From: a virus
Length of the DNA: 64,000 nucleotides
Reading direction: 5' to 3' (one strand)
IMG/VR virus record: IMGVR_UViG_3300028845_000030
Shown: positions 31,690-40,813 of the stretch, piece after piece
Numbering within the stretch: the first letter of the stretch is position 1
Layout: each line of letters opens with the position of its first letter
Position numbers and translations under genes: made by a program
Notes under the pieces: model-generated
The model's database searches: none
What the model was told of the DNA's origin: nothing
Seen by the model: the letters and a program-made list of their open reading frames with translations, nothing else

Positions 31690-32961
31690 TTAAAGAGTTG
31701 CACTTGCAAATCCAAGAGAGTTCATATAAGGATTCAAAAGAGCTAATATACTAGCAGCTGCTGTTGAAGTTAGTGTGAACACTGAACCAGTGGTCCAAGA
31801 AGGTACTGCAATAACTACTGATTGTTTATTATCTTGATTTACACCTGCTCCATCAATCAAATTAGGGTTTGTAAATTCAATTACAATTTGAGAATAGAAA
31901 CCTCTCTTTTTAAGAGTGGCTGCTGCTGCTGTTGCAGCACATGCTGATGTAAGAACTGCTGATGTAGTAGATATAAGATATTTAATCTCATAGTTTACAG
32001 CATCAAGAGTGATTAGATCACCAGGATTCATCATGTTGTTAGTTGTAGCAAATGTGATTACATCTGAACCAGAAGTAGTACCTACGTTACCTGTACCAAC
32101 AACTGCTGCTGATAAATTAGCTGTAGAACTAACTGTAAAATTTTGTGTTGGTGTAGGCCACAAAGTTCTGTTCATTTGACCTTCTTGACCCAACAGGAAG
32201 TTTTCAAGATTATACATTTGTTGATATGTTCCAGAACCATTATCTTGAGCATTAATTACTGTAGCAACATATCCTTGACCCCAACCTGTAAGAGAATTAC
32301 ATTCTACATCAAAATTAGGAGTTTCTATTGCATAAGAACCAACTGCTTGTGTAAGCAAATTACCTGTTACTTCAACACCATAGTTTGTAGCACCAGTTAA
32401 TCCATAAGCACCAGTACCATCACCTACTTTAACAGCAGTCAATAGATCTGGAAGATAACTATTAGAACCAGTTGGTCCATTAATTGCATTTACAATTTGT
32501 GTAGCAATTGTTGATTGTGTAGCTGATGCAGAAGACAAGAAATTCAATGTGAAGTTCAAGTTTCTTTCAGAATAAGTTTGTTTATCTGATGCAACGTGTA
32601 CAGTGAATTGATAATCTGTAGAAGCTGCTACTGGAATAGAACCAGCAAGAGTTTTTCTGTTATATCCAATAGCTACAACTTTTCTGCTTGCTGGTTGATA
32701 AGCAAGAGCAGTATATTTTGTTACTTTTCTACCTGGAATGCTCATGGTTCTTCTCAAAGAAGCATTAGCTGTAATATAATTCCAAATACTAATGGTTTCA
32801 CTATCAGAGATAGTATTTCCAGCAGTAAGGGTTACATTGTTTTCTCCTGCAAATGCAAGTTTACCTTGTGTTGCTATATTTGTAGTGTTAATAGCCAAAG
32901 AACCTGCAACAATTGCATTATCTGTGCTTACTACTAGATTTTGTACTCTATGTGTACTCAT
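31690..32961 (-). CDS. Structural protein (auxiliary capsid or head-fibre candidate)
   Basis: 423 aa, A/T/S/N-rich. Lies downstream of the capsid module and is terminated by the strong hairpin after the next gene. Confidence 0.65.
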   Translation of the reverse strand: MSTHRVQNLVVSTDNAIVAGSLAINTTNIATQGKLAFAGENNVTLTAGNTISDSETISIWNYITANASLRRTMSIPGRKVTKYTALAYQPASRKVVAIGYNRKTLAGSIPVAASTDYQFTVHVASDKQTYSERNLNFTLNFLSSASATQSTIATQIVNAINGPTGSNSYLPDLLTAVKVGDGTGAYGLTGATNYGVEVTGNLLTQAVGSYAIETPNFDVECNSLTGWGQGYVATVINAQDNGSGTYQQMYNLENFLLGQEGQMNRTLWPTPTQNFTVSSTANLSAAVVGTGNVGTTSGSDVITFATTNNMMNPGDLITLDAVNYEIKYLISTTSAVLTSACAATAAAATLKKRGFYSQIVIEFTNPNLIDGAGVNQDNKQSVVIAVPSWTTGSVFTLTSTAAASILALLNPYMNSLGFASATL

Positions 32962-33008
32962 TTTATTTTATTGTTTATGTTAATATTTTATTTTAATTGT
33001 TATTTATT

Positions 33009-33299
33009 TTATAGTCCTGTTTTGTGTAATCTATAACTTGTATTTACTCTTAATACACCTGCTGCTGTACCTGGTTGAGCACCTCCAGCTAATGCTGTTA
33101 GTCCTGTTGCTGAATAATATATATTTGCTGCACCAAATGTCATAACTCCTGAAGTGCTTGGTGTAACCAGTGATGTTGTACCATCTGATATACCATTTAC
33201 AACATCTATAATATCATTACCAACTGTTGCACTTGTATATTTTGGTAGCACCATTGCTCCCAAACCAAATTTTGTAACTATTCTATCTAATAGAGCCAT
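33009..33299 (-). CDS. Hypothetical structural protein
   Basis: 96-aa ORF with ATGA-type overlap to the upstream gene. Confidence 0.6.
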   Translation of the reverse strand: MALLDRIVTKFGLGAMVLPKYTSATVGNDIIDVVNGISDGTTSLVTPSTSGVMTFGAANIYYSATGLTALAGGAQPGTAAGVLRVNTSYRLHKTGL

Positions 33300-33982
33300 T
33301 ATTCTTGTGTATTTATAATTTTGTTAAATGTTTGTGTTCTTCTGGATTCTATGTTTTCTAACGCTATATCTACTGCTATATCTACAACTTCTTGATGTGT
33401 ATCTACTGGTAGCTCTAAAGTTATGTTTCCAGATAAACTAACAGGGGTCATTAATTTTAAGTATCTTAAATAATAAGTACCTAATGTATATGCTGTTCCT
33501 GTTATTATTTCTACTTTACCTTCTGACATTAAACGTAACACTTTAGTATTACTAGGTCTGTTAAAAGGGTCTGTTAGTATTTTATCATAATCATCATGTT
33601 GAATTGGTCTTACAAGTACTTTACTTGTAATTGGATTACCATGACAATCATTATATGTTATATTACATTGTTCCTGTACTATATATCTGTGATCATCAGG
33701 AAGTGTATAAAATCTTGATGTTGTAGATATATTGTCAACACTATAGGCTTCAGGAGTTAATTGTGCTGATTTTACCAGCGTTTTTAAATCTTCTGTTCTT
33801 TTCTGAGTTTCCTCAAAAGATTGCCTCTTTATATTTGTTGTTCCATATCTCTGCTTAACAAATCTATCAGCAGCCTGGTTAAGTAGGAAGTCTATTTCTT
33901 CTGGTGCTATATCAGGATACTCAAGACTATCTATTTTATCCAACCCAATCTTAAAAGCTTGATGTAGTTGAGATATGGTCAT
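33299..33982 (-). CDS. Hypothetical head/connector-region protein
   Basis: 227-aa ORF in the capsid-proximal block. Confidence 0.65.
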   Translation of the reverse strand: MTISQLHQAFKIGLDKIDSLEYPDIAPEEIDFLLNQAADRFVKQRYGTTNIKRQSFEETQKRTEDLKTLVKSAQLTPEAYSVDNISTTSRFYTLPDDHRYIVQEQCNITYNDCHGNPITSKVLVRPIQHDDYDKILTDPFNRPSNTKVLRLMSEGKVEIITGTAYTLGTYYLRYLKLMTPVSLSGNITLELPVDTHQEVVDIAVDIALENIESRRTQTFNKIINTQE

Positions 33983-33989
33983 TTATGCT

Positions 33990-34769
33990 TTATTTTTTTG
34001 CTTTTTCCAATCTACTTTTGAAATTAGCAAGTATGCTTGAGTTCTTAGGATTATTCAGATATTCTAACACTTCATCTGTAGAAGCACCAATTATATCATC
34101 TCCATTTTTAAAGAAGTTCTTGCTTTTAGTAATAATACTATATTCAAGTAGTTCTTCAATCAGAACCTTTGTTTTTAAATTTTTATCTTCAATTGTTTGA
34201 ACAAATCTTTTTGGATCTAGTTTCAAAAACTTATGAAGTTTACTGTTTACCATGTCTATTGAAGCTGAATCGGCTTTTACACCATAAATCTTCAATATAC
34301 CTTTTTTATCAGCTTCTGTTAATTCAACAAATGATTCAAAAGCTTTAATTTCCCAATTAATTTGTTTTGCATCTTCTGCTGCTTCTGATTCTTCATCAAC
34401 AATAACAAATTCAGCATTTGGGTATTTACTTAAATCTTTTGTAGCTGGACATACTTTTGAATTTTCAAGTATCCATCTGTATTTCAGAAAATCTGAATCC
34501 AGATTTAAGTCTAGTATTGCTTTATTTTTTATTCTTAATTCACTCTCAATTCCACTCCAGAATTCACTCTTTCTAGACAATTCACCTTTTTTCAGATTTA
34601 ATGCTTCTTCAAAAAGTGTTTCTTCTTCTTTAGTGAGTCCTGTTTTAAATCCTGCTTTTGTTAGTTGAGGTACTAACACTGTACCACTTGAATAAGGATA
34701 CAGTGATAGTCCACCAAACTTATTTTTATTCAGAGATCTAATCTCCACTCTTCTGTTTCTGTTTTCCAT
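33990..34769 (-). CDS. Hypothetical protein
   Basis: 259-aa K/E-rich ORF between the homing endonuclease gene and head genes. Confidence 0.65.
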   Translation of the reverse strand: MENRNRRVEIRSLNKNKFGGLSLYPYSSGTVLVPQLTKAGFKTGLTKEEETLFEEALNLKKGELSRKSEFWSGIESELRIKNKAILDLNLDSDFLKYRWILENSKVCPATKDLSKYPNAEFVIVDEESEAAEDAKQINWEIKAFESFVELTEADKKGILKIYGVKADSASIDMVNSKLHKFLKLDPKRFVQTIEDKNLKTKVLIEELLEYSIITKSKNFFKNGDDIIGASTDEVLEYLNNPKNSSILANFKSRLEKAKK

Positions 34770-34785
34770 TTCCTTTTATTTTTTG

Positions 34786-35412
34786 TTAAACTACTCTTAA
34801 TATGTATTCTCTTTTAAATGTTTTATTTATATCTTCTGTTTTATTTAGCTTTGACTGAATATATGGTCTGCTACAGTTGAAATATTTACTACATTCTGTA
34901 ATACTATTTACTATTTTAATTAGTCTTCCAGAAATATGAAATATAGCTACTTTTTTACTATTAATTATATTTCTTTCTATTATACTAATTAGTGTATTTG
35001 GATGAGCTTTTCTACCTTTTTTAGATAAACTCATTTTAATCTTGGTTTTTTCTGATGCTGTTCTACCTAAAGCTTTTTGTCTAATTTTATTTTTAGTTTT
35101 ATCAGAAAGTTTATTTCCAGGACTTCCATCTCCACCTTCAGAAAGATTATAACCAATTTTTCTATTGGTTGCATTATATTGTTTAATATAATTTATCTCT
35201 TTCTGTTTTAGTTCTTCAATTGAAGAAGCTATATCTATTTGTTCTACTATAAAATTTTCTGGTTTATGTTTTAACAATGCTCTATGAAAGTAGGATTTTG
35301 ATCCTTGTCTAGCCTCATAATGATGATGCCAAAATCTTTCTTGTATTGTTTGAACTGTTAAACCTATATAAATTTTATTATTTATTCTATTTGTTACTTT
35401 GTATATAAACAT
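34786..35412 (-). CDS. Free-standing GIY-YIG homing endonuclease (I-TevI-like, with NUMOD3-type repeats)
   Basis: Contains IYKVTN...KIYIGLT...R...E...GYN (GIY-YIG core). The C-terminus has repeats SDKTKNKIRQKALGR and SEKTKIKMSLSKKGR. Inserted directly downstream of the capsid gene. Confidence 0.9.
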   Translation of the reverse strand: MFIYKVTNRINNKIYIGLTVQTIQERFWHHHYEARQGSKSYFHRALLKHKPENFIVEQIDIASSIEELKQKEINYIKQYNATNRKIGYNLSEGGDGSPGNKLSDKTKNKIRQKALGRTASEKTKIKMSLSKKGRKAHPNTLISIIERNIINSKKVAIFHISGRLIKIVNSITECSKYFNCSRPYIQSKLNKTEDINKTFKREYILRVV

Positions 35413-35439
35413 AGTGTAAATATACTAATAATTTTATAA

Positions 35440-36897
35440 TTATCCAAGAAGTGCCGCCGCATCAAGTATGAGCTGCCCACAATTGGTTGGGTCTTTAATC
35501 ATGATACCACATTCTGACATTACATGGAAATCATATCCATCAACTGCTGATGCACTTGTTCCATTTCTCTTTGGACCAAAAGGACCATACAATCCTTCAA
35601 TATAAGAAGATACCATTTCTCTGTCTTTGTTATAAACTTTCATAACATTAGACTCACCATCAGTACCTATTTTAAAGTTCAGGAAGGTAGCTTTGTAAGA
35701 TTCAATTGGTAATCCAGTGTCAGGATGCAAAGCTCTATTTCTCAAAATTGAGTTATAAGCTGGAATCTCTTTCAAAGTGATTTCATCACCATTCAAACCA
35801 ATATATGTTTTAAATTGACCACCAAAAGTCATTTCAGAACCTGAACCAGTGATAAATTTACTATCAACCAGTTTATAGTTAGAAGCTGACACTTTCATTG
35901 CCTGGTCAAACAGATCCATAAATCCTCTACCACACAATGCAACATATTTCTTTGGACCTGGATCATTACCACCAAATGACAAGTCATTCATAAATGATCT
36001 AATCACTCTTTCAGTAAGCCTTGTGTAATACCTTTTATTAGCTGGAGCAATTTGTTGTTCAACACCTGCACCAGTGTAGATTGGATTACCATTGATATCT
36101 TTCATATCAGTAGTTCCATCAGCTTTAACATTCAGTTGACCATAAATGAAAGCAAGTTCCAATTCATCCATCCACTGCATCCAGAATACCCATTCTGCAT
36201 ATTTTACCCAAGTGGTAGTAGTTTTTCCAGATTCTGGATCAACTAATGCAATTTCAAGTACTTGTGAGTGAGCAGCACCAGTGATAGAATATTTCTTTCT
36301 AAAAGTGGTCATATAATTTTCCATCCAGAAAGGAGTGGCATAAGTTGTTTCTCCAGAAGTTCTAGAATGATCATGAGATACTACGTTGTATTCTTTAGAG
36401 AATTCTTTACCAACAGCAATAAGTGTAGGATCAAGATAAAGTGTAGGATCATTAGTAACTAATTGTAAATTGTAGATGTAATCAGAACCCTCTTGAAAAG
36501 GCTCAGACATTACTCTAGCAACAATATTTGTAGCTGAATCTGGTTTCAATACATCACCAAATGCAAACCATTTTTCTGCAAAACCCACTCTAAATTGTGA
36601 ACCTGCAATACCAGGAGTTGATCCACCATCAGTGAAAGCTCTTGTTACAGCAACTGCTTTTTGGGAATCTCCCATAAGAGGCCATCTGTATTGAATACCA
36701 TTAAGTTCTTTAGATCTACCAAGACCAGTGGTTAGGGTAGAAAGAGCATTTTTATATCCATTAACTTTGTTATACACAAGTGTTACAACAGCAGATGCCA
36801 AAGCTGGTTTGGTCAAAAAGAAACTGTGTAAGTGTGTAGCTTGGGTTAGTCCTGAGTGCCAGTTACCTTTGCTTATTTGTAAATCATTAATATTCAT
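35440..36897 (-). CDS. Major capsid protein (HK97-fold type, crAss-like size and position)
   Basis: 485 aa. Follows portal and the acidic scaffold-like gene in the canonical order. No enzymatic motifs. The assignment rests on synteny and size. Confidence 0.65.
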   Translation of the reverse strand: MNINDLQISKGNWHSGLTQATHLHSFFLTKPALASAVVTLVYNKVNGYKNALSTLTTGLGRSKELNGIQYRWPLMGDSQKAVAVTRAFTDGGSTPGIAGSQFRVGFAEKWFAFGDVLKPDSATNIVARVMSEPFQEGSDYIYNLQLVTNDPTLYLDPTLIAVGKEFSKEYNVVSHDHSRTSGETTYATPFWMENYMTTFRKKYSITGAAHSQVLEIALVDPESGKTTTTWVKYAEWVFWMQWMDELELAFIYGQLNVKADGTTDMKDINGNPIYTGAGVEQQIAPANKRYYTRLTERVIRSFMNDLSFGGNDPGPKKYVALCGRGFMDLFDQAMKVSASNYKLVDSKFITGSGSEMTFGGQFKTYIGLNGDEITLKEIPAYNSILRNRALHPDTGLPIESYKATFLNFKIGTDGESNVMKVYNKDREMVSSYIEGLYGPFGPKRNGTSASAVDGYDFHVMSECGIMIKDPTNCGQLILDAAALLG

Positions 36898-36912
36898 TTG
36901 TTATTTTTTTAG

Positions 36913-38136
36913 TTATTTTATTTTTAGTTTATCAAATCCACCAAATGGATCAGTATCTTCATTTGTTTTTTCTCTGGCATTATCTCTGGCTCCTGATAGT
37001 TTATTTCTATCATCTGTAAATTTACCAAGATTCTTTCTGAGTTCAGATGTCACTTTTGTTTTAACATCTCTTTCAAGTTTACTGATGTCCCAATTATTTT
37101 TTGCTAAATAGGCATAAAGCCATTGAGCATCTTTATTTGTTTCATTATGTTCTTGGAGTTTAGTCTTACCTGTTTTTCTATCAGGTGTTGACATATAATC
37201 CCAGAGTTGTTCTTTTTCCTTTTGATTTATTTTAAATCCTTGAATGTCTTCTTTTTTAAATAACTCTTCTTTAAGAGAATTCCAATATTGTTTATTGATT
37301 TCTTGAGTTTTTAAATTATTTTCTTCTTGTGCTTTAATTAAATTTTCTTTTTGGCTTCTTTCATAAACCTGAAGTTTCTTTAGATGTGTAGAAGCTTTGG
37401 TTTCTAATTTACCAAGATCTTCATAATCTTTTAATTCTTCTTCAATTTCAGCATCTTCCCAACCAGATAATTTTAATCCTTGTCTAATGACAAATTTCTG
37501 ATTATCTTCATTATCTATTTTTAAATTTTCAAATGATGTATTTCCGTAATATACATCATAAAAATCTTTAGGTTTACCACCTAATTCAACAAACTTTAAA
37601 AGTTCTTGAATTTCAGGATTATATGATTCTTTCCAATCATTTATTCCTTCTGATATGTTTTTTGTAATTGTTTTACTAATTACACCTTCTAAAGCATCTT
37701 CATCATCTGTGAGTTTTTCAATCTCACCATCTTCAAGATCAATTATACCTTTATCTCCTAAATAAGAAATAAGAGGTTTAAATGAGAAAGCTTCTTCAAC
37801 AACTGGTTCTTCTTTTACAGCTGGTTTTTCTTCTTTTACTACTCCCTCTTTAGTAGTTTCTTTAACAGCCTCAGTATCAGGTGTTTCAACAGAAGATTTT
37901 TCTTTCTTTTCTGTTTTAACTTCAGCTTTCTTATCAAGCTTTGCCTCTTTGTCAAATGAACCTGGGATATTAAGTTCTTGATCTTCAATTACTTTTCTAT
38001 CCTTTTCTTCTTTTGTAACACTTGATTCCACTGGAATATCTGTTATTTCAGCTTCTCCTGGATTAGGTGTTTTTAATCTACCTGCTGTAGGATTGAATAA
38101 ATCAAATCCTCCAAAAATATCTTTCTCTTTTGCCAT
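36913..38136 (-). CDS. Acidic K/E-rich protein, scaffolding-like
   Basis: 407 aa, extremely E/K/D-rich and predicted helical. Lies between the portal and capsid genes. Confidence 0.55.
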   Translation of the reverse strand: MAKEKDIFGGFDLFNPTAGRLKTPNPGEAEITDIPVESSVTKEEKDRKVIEDQELNIPGSFDKEAKLDKKAEVKTEKKEKSSVETPDTEAVKETTKEGVVKEEKPAVKEEPVVEEAFSFKPLISYLGDKGIIDLEDGEIEKLTDDEDALEGVISKTITKNISEGINDWKESYNPEIQELLKFVELGGKPKDFYDVYYGNTSFENLKIDNEDNQKFVIRQGLKLSGWEDAEIEEELKDYEDLGKLETKASTHLKKLQVYERSQKENLIKAQEENNLKTQEINKQYWNSLKEELFKKEDIQGFKINQKEKEQLWDYMSTPDRKTGKTKLQEHNETNKDAQWLYAYLAKNNWDISKLERDVKTKVTSELRKNLGKFTDDRNKLSGARDNAREKTNEDTDPFGGFDKLKIK

Positions 38137-38311
38137 TTTAGTTTTCCCTTATATTATAATATACACTATTATATATTAATATCCAAATAATTATACAACT
38201 ATTTTTTTAAATTATACTCTTTTTTTATGCTTGTTATAGTCTTTTTAACTTTATGACCCTACCCTCCGACCTCTTATTTTATATTACTCATTGCTTGTGT
38301 TAAGTCTGGTT

Positions 38312-40804
38312 TCATTTACCTGGTTTTGGTTTAGGTTTCATTTTTGCCACTTTTAAAGCAGTTTTTGCTTTTAATTCTTCTATCTTTTTCTGCATAGCTA
38401 CTTTATTAGCTTCTGCTTTAGCCTTAGTTTCTGTATCTCTTTGTTTAGCTTTTAATTCTTTCTCTTTAAGATCAAGTTCTCTTTGTTTTAAATCAGTATC
38501 TTTCTTATGTTTTTCTTTATCATGAGACAATTTAAGTTGTTCATTAAAGTTTCTGGAAGCAAGATCTTGTTTATCTAATTCATGTTGAGCTATTTCCATA
38601 ACATCAGGAACTCCATTTTTATTAGCATCTGTTGTAGGTGCTTGGAAATATGTTCCTATTTCAGCTACAGTGATTTTAGTTTGATTATTAAGATCAACTT
38701 CGTATTGTTTAAGATCTCTGTCTTTCTGCTTCTCTTCTAATTGCATAGCTACAACTTCTTTCTCATGCTTCTGTTGTTCTTGAGCTTGTAAGTTAGCTTG
38801 TTCTGCTCTTTCTTTCTCATTTCTCTCAAGAGTTCTTGTAAGATCAGATATAGAATCAGATTGTAGCACTTTAGCTATATCAGATAGAGTGGCTTTGTCA
38901 GATTGTAAAGCAACCTGGAACAATTGTTTAAGTTGATCTAATGATGCCTGATCTCTTGCACTGTTAGATACAAATACACCTACTTCAGCATTTTCTATTT
39001 CTGGACCTTCTATTGCTAACATATCAATAGTCTGATCATCCAGAACATATTGTGTTTCCATTCCCTCTCTATATGCTATTTTAGCACATTCTAACAGAGC
39101 TGTATATACTCTCTCTTTAACAGCATTATGTGCTTCCACCCAAGGTCTTGTCACATTAGCTGATTGTTGCATGTTCTGTTGATTAACACCAACTAATGTA
39201 TCAGAAGAAGCTTGTCCAAGTCTTCCCATATCAACTCCTGATAAGAAGAATACTTGTTGTTTAATAAACTCTAATGTATTTATGTATTGTTGTATTGTAT
39301 TACTAAGTGATAAGTCAATACTTTGAAATTGATTGAATGTTGATCTTTGTCCTGTAAATTTACCTTTACCTTCTTCAAATGAATTTATAAATGCTATTTT
39401 CATAGCTTTTAAGTAGTACATCCATTGTTCTACATCTATACCTTCACTTCTAGGTATTTGAGCAAGATCTATTAACATGATTTTACCCATATCACTGGCA
39501 AATGCTAACTCAAGCCTATATGCTATAATGTTGTATAAATATTGATATGGTTTAAGTCTATCTACTAATGATACTGATATACTGTTTGTTGAATTATATA
39601 TAAGTCCTGAATAACCTAGTCTTGAGTAATATGGATTATCAAGTTTTCTTCTTTGATTAACTTTAGGTTGAATGTTTAAATACATATCAAGTCCTATTTT
39701 AGTTCCTTCCCAAGGTTCATTAATCCAGAACCATTCTATTTTATTTCCAAGTTCTTCATCTTCTTTTGTAAACTTAAAAGTTTCATCAACCATCTCTTCC
39801 TGAAGATTTCCTTGTTCATCAGTGTATGTATAGGTTCCCACTTTTCTCATTCCCATCCATTCCACTCTAACCACTCTTAGTGACATAGAGTTCTGATTGT
39901 TCTGAATAACTTGACTTGAAAATAACGGATAGTTAGATGTATTATCTACACCATCTGGACCCAATGAGAAATTCTTATTCATTGGAAACCTATTTTGAGG
40001 ATCTTTAGCCTGATCTTCTAATTTTTTAATATCTGCTGGTGAAAGATCATCTCCAAATTCATCTATGATTTGAGGAACAGACATAAGCCTCACTTCTATA
40101 ACAGCTAAAGCATCATCTACAAACTCACTATCATTAGCTAATACTACATTCATATTAACTGGATTACATCTTCTAAAGACTGGTTCCCCATTAATAATTC
40201 CTGTCCAATAGATTTCTTCTCCAGCTATAAGAGCATCTTTCCATCCTCTTAGAAATAATCCTCTTGCATTCAATTTCCTTTTTAGATGTTTAAGTATTTT
40301 GGAAAATTGACTTTCAACCATATCCTGGAAATTATAATTAGCCAGTTTTTCCAACTCTTCAAATTTAGGAGGATTGTTTGGATCAATTGTACTTGGATCT
40401 ATCTCAGCCATTAAAAGCTCATTAAGCTTTTCCAGAATTCTCTTTTTGGCTGTTTCTTTCTTTCTGTTTATTACATCTTTATTTTCAGCTACAATAATAG
40501 CATTATCTGGTCTTGACATTTCTTCACCAAGTAATGTATTAATAGCAGGAGATATAATATCATAATGTTGTAGTTGTGCTGGAAACTGTCTATTTTCTGT
40601 TGTCAACCCCATTGGTTCACAGACATACTGTAAATCAGCCTTATTAAATCTACCATTATATAAATCATAGTTTATAAGTTTTCTATAATTAGTAGCTCTG
40701 TTACCAGAGTAGTTAGTGTATGATAAGTTTTCAAAATATCTTACACATTCTTCCCTCCATTTTGGTCCCTTTTGACTTAATACTAATTTCTGTTGTGGTA
40801 ACAT
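38312..40804 (-). CDS. Portal protein
   Basis: 830 aa, immediately downstream of TerL. Long K/E-rich C-terminal tail. Size and position are typical of crAss-like portals. Confidence 0.8.
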   Translation of the reverse strand: MLPQQKLVLSQKGPKWREECVRYFENLSYTNYSGNRATNYRKLINYDLYNGRFNKADLQYVCEPMGLTTENRQFPAQLQHYDIISPAINTLLGEEMSRPDNAIIVAENKDVINRKKETAKKRILEKLNELLMAEIDPSTIDPNNPPKFEELEKLANYNFQDMVESQFSKILKHLKRKLNARGLFLRGWKDALIAGEEIYWTGIINGEPVFRRCNPVNMNVVLANDSEFVDDALAVIEVRLMSVPQIIDEFGDDLSPADIKKLEDQAKDPQNRFPMNKNFSLGPDGVDNTSNYPLFSSQVIQNNQNSMSLRVVRVEWMGMRKVGTYTYTDEQGNLQEEMVDETFKFTKEDEELGNKIEWFWINEPWEGTKIGLDMYLNIQPKVNQRRKLDNPYYSRLGYSGLIYNSTNSISVSLVDRLKPYQYLYNIIAYRLELAFASDMGKIMLIDLAQIPRSEGIDVEQWMYYLKAMKIAFINSFEEGKGKFTGQRSTFNQFQSIDLSLSNTIQQYINTLEFIKQQVFFLSGVDMGRLGQASSDTLVGVNQQNMQQSANVTRPWVEAHNAVKERVYTALLECAKIAYREGMETQYVLDDQTIDMLAIEGPEIENAEVGVFVSNSARDQASLDQLKQLFQVALQSDKATLSDIAKVLQSDSISDLTRTLERNEKERAEQANLQAQEQQKHEKEVVAMQLEEKQKDRDLKQYEVDLNNQTKITVAEIGTYFQAPTTDANKNGVPDVMEIAQHELDKQDLASRNFNEQLKLSHDKEKHKKDTDLKQRELDLKEKELKAKQRDTETKAKAEANKVAMQKKIEELKAKTALKVAKMKPKPKPGK

Positions 40805-40813
40805 CTATTGAAT

